Shown here one piece after another: positions 52,610 through 64,000 of a stretch of DNA of 64,000 nt. Under the pieces are notes generated by a model, which saw only the letters and a program-made list of their open reading frames with translations, had not been told where the DNA came from and did not search any database. The translations under genes and the position numbers were made by a program. The DNA is from Geosiphon pyriformis uo1 (Eukaryota; Fungi; Glomeromycota): the NCBI GenBank assembly GCA_016748015.1, contig JAAOMT010000694.1:62001-126000 (forward strand), given 5' to 3'. Numbering within the stretch: the first letter of the stretch is position 1; each line of letters starts with the position of its first letter.

Positions 52610-53900
52610 TTGTCTCATTCTTGAGAGACTATCAATATTGGTATGTAGTTTTCCTGGTTTGTGGTATACAATATATCTGTAGTCTGCTAGGAAGTCATTC
52701 CATCAAGACTGTTTGGTACTTTGTCTAGTTTTCTTTTTATTGAGCCATTTGAGGCCAATGTTGTCTATTATTATGTCAAATTCTTTTCTATTCTTCAGAT
52801 ATTGTTGAAAATGTTTAAGAGCCCAAATAACTGCAGCAGCTTCTAATTCAGTTGAGCCATATTTGAATTCTGTTGGCTTGAGTGTTCTGCTGGCATAGGC
52901 AATAACTTGTTCTTGGCCATTTTCATTCAATTGTGATAAGATGGCACCAAATGCTATGTGTGAGACATTAGTGGCTAATTGGAATTGTTTGTTGAAGTCT
53001 GGGTAAGCAAGAACTGGGGCTGTTGTCAATTTTGTTTTGAGAATTTCAAAAGCTTTTTGTTGTTTTTCAGTCTATTTGTATGGTACATTTTTGTTGGTAA
53101 GATAATTGAGTAGTTTGGCAATTTCTGAGAATTCTTTTATGAATTTTTGATAGTAAGAGACTAATTCCACAAATCCTCTTAGTTCTGTAGTATTTCTGGG
53201 GGTTTGAAAGTTTTTGACAGCACTGATTGTTCCTGGATTTGGTTTGATTCTATCTTTACTAACTATGTATCCAAGAAAGATCAAGCTTGTTTTTCTAAAG
53301 TAACATTTCTCAATATTTAACTTTAATCCTGCTTTCCGTAATCATTGAAAAACTTCTTGCAGGTGAATGAGATGGGCTTCAAAGCTTGGTGAGTATATAT
53401 TAGTATTATCAAGATAAACAACTACTGATTGCCACAAGAGCCCTTCATAGACAACATCTATGAGTCGCTGAAATGTTGCTGGTGCATTGCAGAGTTCAAA
53501 AAGCATAACATTAAACTCATAATTTCCTTCTTGAGTGGTGAATGCTGTTTTGGGTCTATCTTTTGGGTCTATTTCGACTTGCTAGTAACTACTTTCTAGG
53601 TCTAAAGTTAAAAAGAACTTGGCTTTTCCTAGAGCATCTAGCATGTCAATTCTTGGAAGAGGGTAGGCATTTCCAATTGTAATATTATTTAGTTGTCTAT
53701 AATCAACACAGAATCTGATTTTTCCATTTTTTTTTAACTAAAACTACTGGTAAGGCCCAAGGACTTCTTGATGGTTGAATTAATCCGTTATTGAGCATTC
53801 TTTGGATCTTTTCTCTGATGAATTAGTGGCTGGCAGATGGCACTCGATAAGCTTATTGATGTTTTGGTAGAGCATCTTCTGTATGGATCTGATGTTGAAC
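52610..53900 (-). pseudogene. RT and RNase H of A3
   Basis: [42 protein letters not shown]. Confidence 0.95.
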
Positions 53901-54439
53901 AATGTCTGTTTTTCCCAAGTCATTGTTGTCTTTTGCAAATATATCTGCAAATTCAGCTATTAATTGTTTCAATTGTCTTTGTTGTTGAAATTATAAGAGA
54001 CCCATATTGATTCGAGAGAGTTTTTCTTCCAACAAGTGGTAGTTTTCAGTAGTGGGAATGATATTTGGATTTGAAAGTAGAGTGTGCTTTACAATTTCGA
54101 TGAAATTAGAGACAATTTGAGGGTTTTCATCTTGAAAGATATTGCTGTGTATGATTCTAATTTCTAATTTGTTTAATAAAACAATAGGGTAATTATTGGA
54201 GTTGTAGAATGTAACTCGAAATTTTTTCATTTCTTTGGGAATATAAACATTTGAAATTGATATTTCATGCTTCAAACAGATTTGTTCATTGGATTCAAAA
54301 ATTTGTTGTGTAGTGGTGGGTTTTGAGCAAGTGTAAATTTCGTGATGTTCTCCAAAAAGTAAAATGGTAATTGGCTAAGGAAGTTGAAGAATCTGGTGAG
54401 ATTTATTTTGTGTATTAAGAACTATGTTTACTGGGACTG

Positions 54440-54830
54440 TAAATCGTCCAGTTGAACCAAAATCTTGAGTTCCTCTTTCACTTTTTCCCAATTGTTCTCT
54501 GTTGTTTACTGATTGTAAACCCGAAATGTTGATTAAGGGTAAGTAAATTGCTTGAACAATTTTTTCAGCCTGTTCAATTTTGAATGATTTGTCTGTCTCA
54601 TTCTGTAACATGATGGTAATGTCTTCAATGTATCCTGCATCTATAACTCCTCCTCTAATATTGATTCCTTTGCTTGCCAATAATAATCTGGAGACAATTT
54701 GAACCATTGCTTCTGGTGGAATTTTGAGAGCAATTTTGAGATTGATTTTTGTCAAAGACTTTGGTTGGAGAATCAAAGTATCTTTTCTTGGGTATCTTAA
54801 GTCATATCCAGCATCAATTTCGTGTGCTTT
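54440..54830 (-). pseudogene. dUTPase domain of A3
   Basis: DAGYDL, GGVIDAGY, EKIVQ, ERGTQDFGSTG. Confidence 0.92.
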
Positions 54831-55789
54831 TTCTGGTCTGATTCCTTGGTCATGGTTGTCAAAATATTTAAGTTGTAGAGGTGGTTGCTTTTCAAGAAGA
54901 TAGATGGAAGTGGTTGGTAGTTCTTCTACTAGTTCAGATACTCCAAATTCGATTTCATTTTCATTATTCTCATCTGGCAGAGAAATGCTAAGAGCATAAC
55001 ATTCTAAACACTATTGGTTATCACAAGACATAACACATTCTTCACACAATTGAATGTTTATTTGCTCTAATCGTTGAATTTGAGCTTCTTTGGTCGGATA
55101 TGTGTGGCTTGCAATTTGGTAGGTTTCTACTTTATCTTCATAATCAAATCCAGCTAATTCCATGGTATACTCAATATATTTAGCTTCTTTCATTTGGCAG
55201 ACATTTTCTTGGATGGCTCCATTGATCAATGCCATTGCTAAGTCAAAAATCATTTCAGCATCATGAGAGTAGTGGTAAAGTTTATTGAGAGCACTGTTGT
55301 ATGCTGCATCAAATGGTGTTCCTCTTCTGACTTTTTCCGAAATTGATAGAGCATATTGACAGGTTTGATCACATACTTCTTTTCTTATTACAACATCAAT
55401 CCAATTACATTCTTCTGATAACATATCTCCACATATAAGACAAGATGTGTTGTCCCATTTTCTACTTCTTTTTGGAGATCTAATTCATTCTCTATGGCAT
55501 GCTTTGTAAAAGTAACAGGTATGAGTTTCATATTCCTTTTCTGGAGAAATACATGCTCCTATTGATGAAAGTTTTTTGTTGCAATCTTTGCATTTGAGTG
55601 GAATATAGGGTGGTTGTTTCCATGGTTCTGGTGTAGAATATCTAACTTTCTTCCATCTTCTTGATTCTTCAAAAATCTCTTGTTTGGTTTCTTCAGCCCA
55701 ATTGGATGTTGATCCAAGAGCCATGTAGGTTTCAGTAAGTGGTATTTCTTTCTCTTCTTCAAATTCAAATACTGGAGCTTTTTCTGATT

Positions 55790-58216
55790 GTTTGTTAAAG
55801 GTACCACAGGTTGCAAGTACTATGGTATATTGTCTTTGGTATAAGATTTTAAGTTCTTGAGTTTCTCAGTTCAGGTTTGCATTGGCCTTGAGAAGCCAAT
55901 CATTTCCAACTAGAGCTTGGTATTGGGGTGCATCTATAACAAGAACTTTAACTGGAATGGTAATTTCATCAATTGAAAAAAGGAAATCATCAATTTCTCC
56001 TACTGAAGTCTTCTTCATACCATCAGCTGTGACAATAACTGTTTGAGCTGGTCTGTCTACATTTCATTTGAGTTGTTGCATCAGCTGGTAAGTGATGATA
56101 CTTCCAGCTGATCCACTATCTAAGATTAAGTGAATGGGCTTTCCTTTCACTGTAGCTTCTGTGTACATAGCAGTAATTGCTTTCTGTTCATTGACTGCTG
56201 CATTACTAAGCAGAAATAGTGATTCATTTGCTTCAAATTCAAATGGAAATATATCTGACAGATTAGCATTTTGGGCAATTTGAGCTGGTGGAATGGTGTG
56301 GTTGGAAGAGTTTAATCTTAGCACTGCAACTTCATCTTCAGAAAGTGCAGTTTGTTAAAAATCCGATTCCTCTGGTATTGTAAGATAACTGGGTTGAGTG
56401 TAATAGTGATTGGGTCTTTGCTGACCCGAATTTCGGGGAACCAACTGGTTATTTGGATTGATTCTGTTGTGGTTATTCTGCAATTGATTTTGGGATGTGA
56501 ATTGGTTATGTTGAACCAATCTTCTTGCTGATACTTGATATTGTTGAGTGGGTGGTGTCTGATATGGCTGAATTGGTAAAGGTTGCTGATATTGTTGCTG
56601 CATTAATTGTGGAGCTGGTAGATAGTAGTTTTAATTTTGTGGTCTTGGTGAATAATAGATTGGTGGTAGAGATTGGTAATAGGATTGTTGTGGTGAAGAG
56701 TAACGTTGATTACTCCTGTTTTGTTGGTCTCTTTGTAATTTCTTACAATCTCGTTTCCAGTGTTCTGAAATTCCACAATAATGACAATTTTGAGATTGGT
56801 TGTTGGATGGTAATCCAAAATTGTTTTGGTTGTATTGTTGTGGTGGTTAATATCTTTGTGGTTGTTGCTGCTGTTGTTGTTGGTTTGTAAAATAGCTTTC
56901 AACTTTCTTTGTGAGTTGGTCTATCTTTTCTTCAGCTGCTGAGCTGGTTTCTCCAATTGCAAGGTTTACAAGCTTGGTGTGATTTGCTTCTTCCATTGCC
57001 ATTTCATAGCTCTTTGCATGTCTAATAGCAGTTGCTAAGTCTGCTGGAGCATGTGGACAGACTTTCTTAATCAGTTTGTCTTTTAACCCTGTTATAAACT
57101 GATCCAGAATTTGAGCATCAAAATAGTAGTCATTGGTTTCTAATTGTCGGATTTGTCTGAGAAGTTTGTTAAATCTTCCAAGATAAGTCATAACAGATTC
57201 AGATGTTTCTTGTTTGATATTGTGAAAGCAGTTTCTGAGAGTGATAGAGGTATTGTTGTCGGTAAATTGTTGTAGAAAAGCATCTTTGAATGCTTGCCAG
57301 TTTTCAAATGGCTCTTCTAAATTTTCAAACCATTTTTCTACTGTTCCTTGGAGAAAGTAGGGAATTGCTTTGAGCATTCTTGCTGCAATCCAACCATTGC
57401 ATCTTCTGCTTTTTGAACTTTGTCAAGTCATTCTTGAGGGCTGGTATCATTGTCTTCACCAGTGAATTCTGGGATTTTTGCAATATAAGCAGTTGTCATT
57501 TCTTCTTTGTTTTCTGTAATTTCTTCTGGTTCTGATTCAGTTTCTTCACTTTCCAAGCTTTCTGAGTGATTACTTTTGTTTTCCTGTAAGTAATCAATGA
57601 TATTGGCACTTGTTAATATTGGTTCCTGCTGTTGAGTAGAATTTCTAGGTGACTGAAAATCTTCTGGTCTGGAGAAACGGCTAAGTGGTAAACTTGGTGT
57701 TTGTGATTGAACAAGTGAAATTAGAAATGGTGTAATAGAAAGTGGTAATTTGACACTGGTTTCTTGTTCAGGTGTTTGCAAGTGTTTGGCAGTTGTCTTT
57801 TGTAGTGTTGGAGTGTTTGAAGTGGTTCTTGAGTATTGCTTCAATCTTTGTTTGCCTTTGTTGCTTGTTTTTGTTTCTGATTCAAAGTCAAAAGAGTATT
57901 TAGACTGTACTGGGTATTTTTCTTTACAATACTCAATAATGTTAAAATTAAGTTCTTAGAAGTAGGTAGCAAATGTTTCACTGTTCAGGTCTTCTGTTCC
58001 CAATTGTGAATAGTGCACTAAATTATTGTAGAGGTTGCTTCTAACTTCTGAAATGTTGTAGTTTCCAAAAAAATAATTGTTGATGCAGTTTTCAATATAT
58101 TGGTATGCTGATTTCTTTACAACTTCAATTCCGTCTGGAATGTTGAATCTTTGCTTGCAGTAGGTGTAAATTGACTGATAATACTCTAGAGTTGCTGTGT
58201 TTGGTGTGGTCACCAC
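55790..58216 (-). pseudogene. gag and protease of A3, in one frame with pol apart from mutations
   Basis: YIAKIPEFTGED capsid, CHYCGISEHWKRDC knuckle, Q/P/N-rich linker, LILDSGSAGSII. Confidence 0.93.
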
Positions 58217-58261
58217 TTTGAATTTGTTGTTGCTGTATTATTTCTGTGGAAGAGCACCAAA

Positions 58262-59236
58262 TATTACCAGAGGTTTTTGGTCTCTTTTCTTGAATGTTGT
58301 AACTGTCTATTGGTTGCAAATTCACGTTTTCTAGAAGTAGTTGAACCTCCAATAATTGAATTTATCTTCAAATTATCTCCTATAATTTGAACTGCTGGGC
58401 TTATAAGTAGAATGGCCAATTCTGTGCCAGTTGCTTTGTGTAGTTATGTTGTAGTAAACGTCAACTCTTTCCCAGGAATCGCTCATCTGAAAGCTCACTA
58501 AAATGTGTAATTACTTTGCTGTAAAAGTCAACTCTTCTACAGGAATCTCGTCTGTAGGCTACCCTAATGATTATAATAAACAACTAAAAGAAAAATAAAA
58601 GAAATGTAAAAGAAATTGAATTCTGTTAAGGGAAACGTTTTTTATCCAGGCCTGGAGTCACTAACAGTTTACTGAAATTGGTAGCTAATCAATTTCGAAA
58701 TGTTAGTTGGGTTTTGGGGATTTTCTAAGTGCAATAATTAAAAAATTTGGTTTTTTTTTTGAATTATTTGATATTTATTTCTTTTTGTGTGTGTAGAAAT
58801 AGTTCTAAGTAATAAATCTAAAGTAAGATATATTTTCCAAAAGAAAAAAGCTCTTCTTTTATACAACTTGTTGTAGTACTAGTCTATGAACTTGCACTTT
58901 TTCTCTTTGCTCAAATTTTGGCGAACTAAAGATACATTTTGATGAACTACAAGTTATTTCGCTAAACTATTGATTAATTTGGGTGAACTATTCATAATTT
59001 CGGCAAATTTCTGTAAATTTCGGCGAATTTTTGAATGTTACAAAGTTCAGGGAATTGTGTAATTTGATCATCCTACTTTCTGTTATACTAATTAGATTAT
59101 TTTAATTGAATTGTGATATGTGATAATTGATTAAATAATAAATGAATAATTTGAAATGATATTAATATACTAATGAATTATAGGAATTATAAGAGTAATT
59201 TCATGCTAATTAATAGCTAAAATTCTACTGGTAACA
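58262..59236 (-). repeat. 5' LTR of A3 (975 bp)
   Basis: One end mutated (TATTACC on +); PBS TTTGGTGCTCTTC adjacent. Confidence 0.96.
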
Positions 59237-61415
59237 CTGTTTGAGCTGGTCTGTCTACATTTCATTTAAGTTGTTGTATCAACTGGTAAGTGATGATACT
59301 TCCAGCCAATCCACTATCTAAGATTAAGCGAATGGGTTTTCCTTTTACTATAGCTTCTATGTACATAGCAGTAATTGCTTTTTGTTTATTGACTGTTGCA
59401 TTACTAAGCAGAAATGGTGATTCATTTGCTTCAAATTCAAATGGAATATATCTGACAGATTGGCATTTTGGGCAATTTGAACTGGTGGAATGGTGTGGTT
59501 GGAAGGGTTTGATCTTGGTATTGCAACTTCACCTTTAGAAAGTGCAGTTTGTTGAAAATCCGATTTCTCTGGTATTGTAAGATAACTGGGTTGAGTGTAA
59601 TAATGATTGGGTCTTTGCTGACCAGAATTTTGGGAACCAACTGGTTATTTAGATTGATTCTGTTGTGGTTACTCTGCAATTAATTTTGAGGTGTGAATTG
59701 GTTATGTTGAACCAATCTTCTTGTTGGTACTTGATATTGTTGAATGGATGGTGTCTGATATAGCTGAATTGGTAAAGGTTGCTGATATTGTTGTTGCATT
59801 GGTTGTGGAGCTGGTGGATAGTAACTGTTTTGATTTTGTGGTCTTGGTGAATAATAAATTGGTGGTGGAGATTGGTAATAGGATTGTTGTGGTGAAGAAT
59901 AACGTTGATTACTTTTGTTTTGTTGGTCTTTTTGTAATTTTCTACAATCTCGTTTCCAGTGTCCTGGAATTCCACAATAATGACAATTTTGAGATTGGTT
60001 GTTGGATGGTGATTCAAAATTGTTTTGGTTGCATCATTGTGAGGGTTGATATCTTTGTGGTTGTTGTTGCTGTTGTTGTTGGTTTGTGAAGTAGCTTTCA
60101 ACCTTTTTTGTGAGTTGGTCTATCTTCTCTTCAGCTGCTAAGCTGGTTTCTCCAATTGCAAGATTTACAAGCTTGGTGTGATTTGCTTCTTCCATTGCTA
60201 TTTCATAGCTCTTTGCATGTCTAATAGCAGTTGCTAAGTCTGCTGGAGCATGTGGACAGACTTTTTTAATCAGTTTGTCTTTTAACCCTGCTATAAACTG
60301 ATTCAGAATTTGAGCATCAGAATAGTAGTCATTGGTTTCTAATTGTCGGATTTGTCTGAGAAGTTTGTTAAATCTTCCAAGATAGATCATAACAGTTTCA
60401 GATGTTTCTTGTTTGATATTGTGAAAGTGGTTTCTGAGAGTGATAAAGGTATTGTTGTTGGTGAATTGTTGTAGAAAAGCATCTTTGAATGCTTGCCAGT
60501 TTTCAAATGGTTCTTCTAAGTTTTCAAACCATTCTCCTGCTGTTCCTTGAAGAAAATAGGGAATTGCTTTAAACATTCTTGCTGTGATCCAACCATTTGC
60601 ATCTTCTGCTTTTTGAACTTTGTCAAGGCATTCTTGAGGGCTGGTATTATTGTTTTCACCAGTGAATTCTGGGATTTTTGCAATATAAGCAGTTGTCATT
60701 TCTTCTTTGTTTTCTGTAATTTCTTCTGGTTCTGATTCAGTTTCTTTACTTTCCAAGCTTTCTGAGTGATTACTTTTGTTTTCCTGTAAGTAATCAATGA
60801 TATTGGCACTTGTTGATATTGGTTCCTGCTGTTGAGTAGAATTTCTAGGTGACTAAAAATCTTCTGGTCTGGAGAAACGGCTAAGTGGTAAACTTGGTGT
60901 TTGTGGTTGAACAAGTAAAATTAGAAATGGTGTAATAGAAAGTGGTAATTTGACACTGGTTTCTTGTTCAGGTGTTTGCAAGTGTCTGGCAGTTGTCTTT
61001 TGTAGTGTTGGAGTGTTTGAAGTGGTTTTTAAGTATTGCTTCAATCTTTGTTTGCCTTTGTTGCTTGTTTCTGTCTCTGATTCAAAGTCAAAAGAGTATT
61101 TAGACTGTACTGGGTATTTTTTTCACAATACTCAATAATGTTAAAATTAAGTTCTTGAAAGTAGGTAGCAAGTGTTTCACTGTTCAGGTCTTCTGTTCCC
61201 AATTGTGAATAGTGCACTAAATTATTGTAGAGATTGCTTCTAACTTCTGAAATGTTGTAGTTTCTAAAAAGATAATTGTTGATGTGATTTTCAATGTATT
61301 GGTATACTGATTTCTTGACAACTTCAATTTCGTTTGGAATGTTAAATTTTTGCTTGCAGTGAGTGTAAATTGACTGGTAATGCTCTAGAGTTGCTGTGTC
61401 TGGTGTGATTGCCAC
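59237..61415 (-). pseudogene. gag and N-terminal protease of A2
   Basis: ORF 60034-60756 capsid, CHYCGIPGHWKRDC knuckle, LILDSGLAGS. Confidence 0.93.
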
Positions 61416-61460
61416 TTTGAATTTGTTGTTGCTGTGTTATTTCTGTGGGAGAGCACCAAA

Positions 61461-62455
61461 TGTTACCAGAGGTTTTTGGTCTTTTTTCTTGAATGTTGTA
61501 ACTGTCTATTGGTTGCAAATTCACGTTTTCTAGAAGTATTTGAACCTCCAATAATTGAATTTATCTTTAAATTATCTCCTATAATTTGAACTGCTGGGCT
61601 TATAAATAGAATGGCCAATTCTGTGCCAGTTGCTTTGTGTAGTTACGTTGCAGTAAACATCAACTCTTTCCCAGGAATTGCTCATCTGGAAGCTTACTAA
61701 AAATGTGTAGTTACTTTGCTATAAAAGTCAACTCTTTTACAGGAATCTTGTCTGTAGGCTACCCTAATGATTATAATAAGAAAAAAAAAGAAAAAAATAA
61801 AAGAAATATAAAAGAAATAGAATTCTGTCAAGGGAAATGTTTTCTATCTAGGCCTGGAGTTACTAACAGTTTACTGAAATTGGTAGCTAATCAATTTTGA
61901 AATGTTAGTTGGGTTTTTGGGGATTTTCCAAGTATAATAATTAAATAATTTGATTTTTCAAATTATTTTATATTTATTTTTTTCTGTGTATATAGGAATG
62001 GTTCTAAGTAATAAATCTAAAGTAAGATACATTTTCTTGAAGAGAAAAGCTCTTCTTTTATACAACTTGTTGTAGTACTAGTCTATAAACTTGCACTTTT
62101 TCTTTTTGCTCAAATTTCAGCAAACTAAAAATACATTTTGATGAACTACAAGTTATTTCGCTGAACTATTGATTAATTTGGGTAAACTATTCATAATTTC
62201 GGCGAATTTCTTATAAATTTCGGTGAATTTCTGTAAATTTCGACGAATTTTAGAATGTTACAAAGTTCAGAGTATTGTGTAATTTGATTATCTTACTTTC
62301 TGTTATACTAATTAGATTATTTTAATTGAATTGTGATATGTGATAATTGATTAAATAATAAATGATAATTTGAAATGATATTAATATACTAATTAATTAT
62401 AGGAATTATAAGGGTAATTTCGTGCTAATTAATAGCTAAAATTTTACTGGTAACA
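61461..62455 (-). repeat. 5' LTR of A2 (995 bp)
   Basis: TGTTACC...GGTAACA; PBS TTTGGTGCTCTCCC adjacent; three internal ~19-bp units. Confidence 0.96.
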
Positions 62456-64000
62456 CTGGGAAGCCTATCAAGTCTTGTAAACTAATGAAGATCACAATAA
62501 ACTATCACCAATATTATCTTGGAATAACAATAAAAAGGGAAAGCAAAAAGAGAAACTTACCAAAAATATCAACCAAACATGGTGGACTGATGACAATAGT
62601 ACTGAGCTGACACCAACTTGGAAGTAAAAAGAGAATAACAAGGAAAAAAAAAAAAAAAAGAAGAAGAGCCAGCACCAACTACTACTATCACTTATATTCC
62701 ATACACTTATACTCCACCACAACCATCTAACTATTACTGACTAAAACTAGTATGTGTCAATTGCAACAAAAAATTGTTGTCAATAAACATGTGTTGTGGC
62801 AATGATGAGGAATACTATATAGCAACCAAATTTTACTGCTGCCCATGTGTCCTAAAATGCTTTGAATGACCAAAATGACAAGAAAAATGAGACAACAAAT
62901 CTTGTCTCACTTGTGAAGAACTCTTTTAAATAAAGAAATATGAAATAACATTCTTGAATGAGGAGGAATCTGTAATGAATTGTGTCAATACACAATTTTA
63001 ATTAGTGACTGAATGAGAAAAAAGATACCTATAAAAGCCACCTAAAAAAGAGCTGTAAAATGCCTAGATAGTTGTCCACACAATAATGACAAAATCTGAC
63101 AAATAGCACTTGCCAAAATTGAAGGAACATTATTAGAAGAAATAAAAACAATCAAAAACAACTCACCAGAATCCATAAAATTCGACTGGAACCCAAACCT
63201 AGATATTATTCTAGAGCCTATAGACTCAGAGCAATTCCATTAGCACTACCAAGAATTAACATCCATTTAAGAAGAACAAGAGCAATAGTTAGAAAAAATA
63301 AATACATAACTATGCAACCATTGTTTGATCTCATGTGATTTTCAATATTGTAATAAGTGTAATCTTATTTACAATCTATTACCATGTATGATCTACACAA
63401 TCCCAAAAGAAAAAGAACCAATCAGCAGCTGCACATCTAAATTGAAATCAATTTTCAATTCCAATTTAAACTTCAACAATGATGATGACAAAAACAATGA
63501 TTCCAGCTCTATGCAAATTGGCAATAACAACAATGATAATTCAGACTCAGATTTAAACTCCGAACAATATATTGTGCTTCTTGATCTTACCAAGAAACAG
63601 AAACTAAAATAGTTCAGCAATAATAATAAAGATATTATGCCAGAACATGTACATAATACTAATGCAGGGTTTGATTTAAGATATCCAGGAAAAGATGTCA
63701 TCAAATTAAAACCACATTTTTACACATACATTGATTTGAAAGTAGCCAAAGAAATTTCAGCAACAACAATGGTTCAGTTAACATCCAGGAGTAGTTTAGT
63801 GAAAAAAGAAATCAATATCAGAAGAGGAATAATTGACACAGAATATGTAGAAAATATTATTGCTATGCTACAAAATGATTCAGAAAAAGCCTACATTATA
63901 GAGCCAAATGAAAAGATAGCACAGACAATATTCTTGCCATTAGTTAAAATAACTCAATTAGTATCAGTAGAAAACAGAAAAGAATTAGGGATTACAGCTA
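62456..64000 (+). mobile_element. Continuation of B3 pol: Cys-rich domain, Asn-rich linker, dUTPase (runs off window)
   Basis: CVNCNKKL, FYCCPC, CNHC..CDFQYCNKC, NAGFDLRYPG, SRSSLV, GIIDTEY. Confidence 0.92.

Larger units (their letters stand above)
49356..59236 (-). mobile_element. Full-length family A element A3 (9881 bp), inserted in the protease of A2
   Basis: LTR pair, TSD CTGT at 49352-49355 and 59237-59240; host frame DRPAQTVIVT rejoins. Confidence 0.97.
42622..62455 (-). mobile_element. Full-length family A element A2 (~9.95 kb net), containing A3
   Basis: LTR pair, TSD CTGG at 42618-42621 and 62456-62459; host frame K-P-T-W-E-A-Y-Q rejoins. Confidence 0.97.

Noticed and set aside
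56525-56890. Hydrophobic Val-rich plus-strand ORFs (also 59721-60089, 3877-4248, 28661-29107)
   Set aside because: Antisense shadows of Gln/Asn/Pro/Thr-rich gag and protease frames; no independent evidence of coding.
58125-58352. ORF starting in the LTR and crossing the PBS (MEVQLLLE.., also 61342-61551) as the gag start
   Set aside because: Different frame from gag, non-ATG start, short.

Overview
AT-rich eukaryotic (fungal-like) genomic DNA. The repeat content recalls Glomeromycotina genomes such as Geosiphon; that is inference, not a database result. About 80% of the window is a nest of related Ty3/Gypsy LTR retrotransposons from three families (called A, B and C here by LTR type; 7 copies, 10 LTRs in view). 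All share the layout long gag - protease - Cys-rich domain - dUTPase - RT - RNase H - integrase - extra ORF3, with TGTTAC...GTAACA LTR ends, a TGGTGCT primer-binding site and 4-bp target-site duplications. Nesting order: A1 inside B1 inside a LINE relic (1-7450); B2 and B3 inside C; A2 inside B3; A3 inside A2 (20298-64000). Between these blocks lie a CpG-containing island with one spliced gene and a probable pseudogene (about 8600-13200), extremely AT-rich flanks, two LINE fragments and a 0.6-kb direct repeat. All repeats carry heavy C-to-T/G-to-A mutation and no element is intact. Most notable observations: two different A elements sit at the same nucleotide of two independent B hosts; six of seven target sites contain or derive from a C-H-G triplet and the seventh is one transition away; the family carries an unexplained Cys-rich domain plus dUTPase, an env-position soluble ORF, a conserved PIIIIE integrase tail and an AUG-less gag extension.
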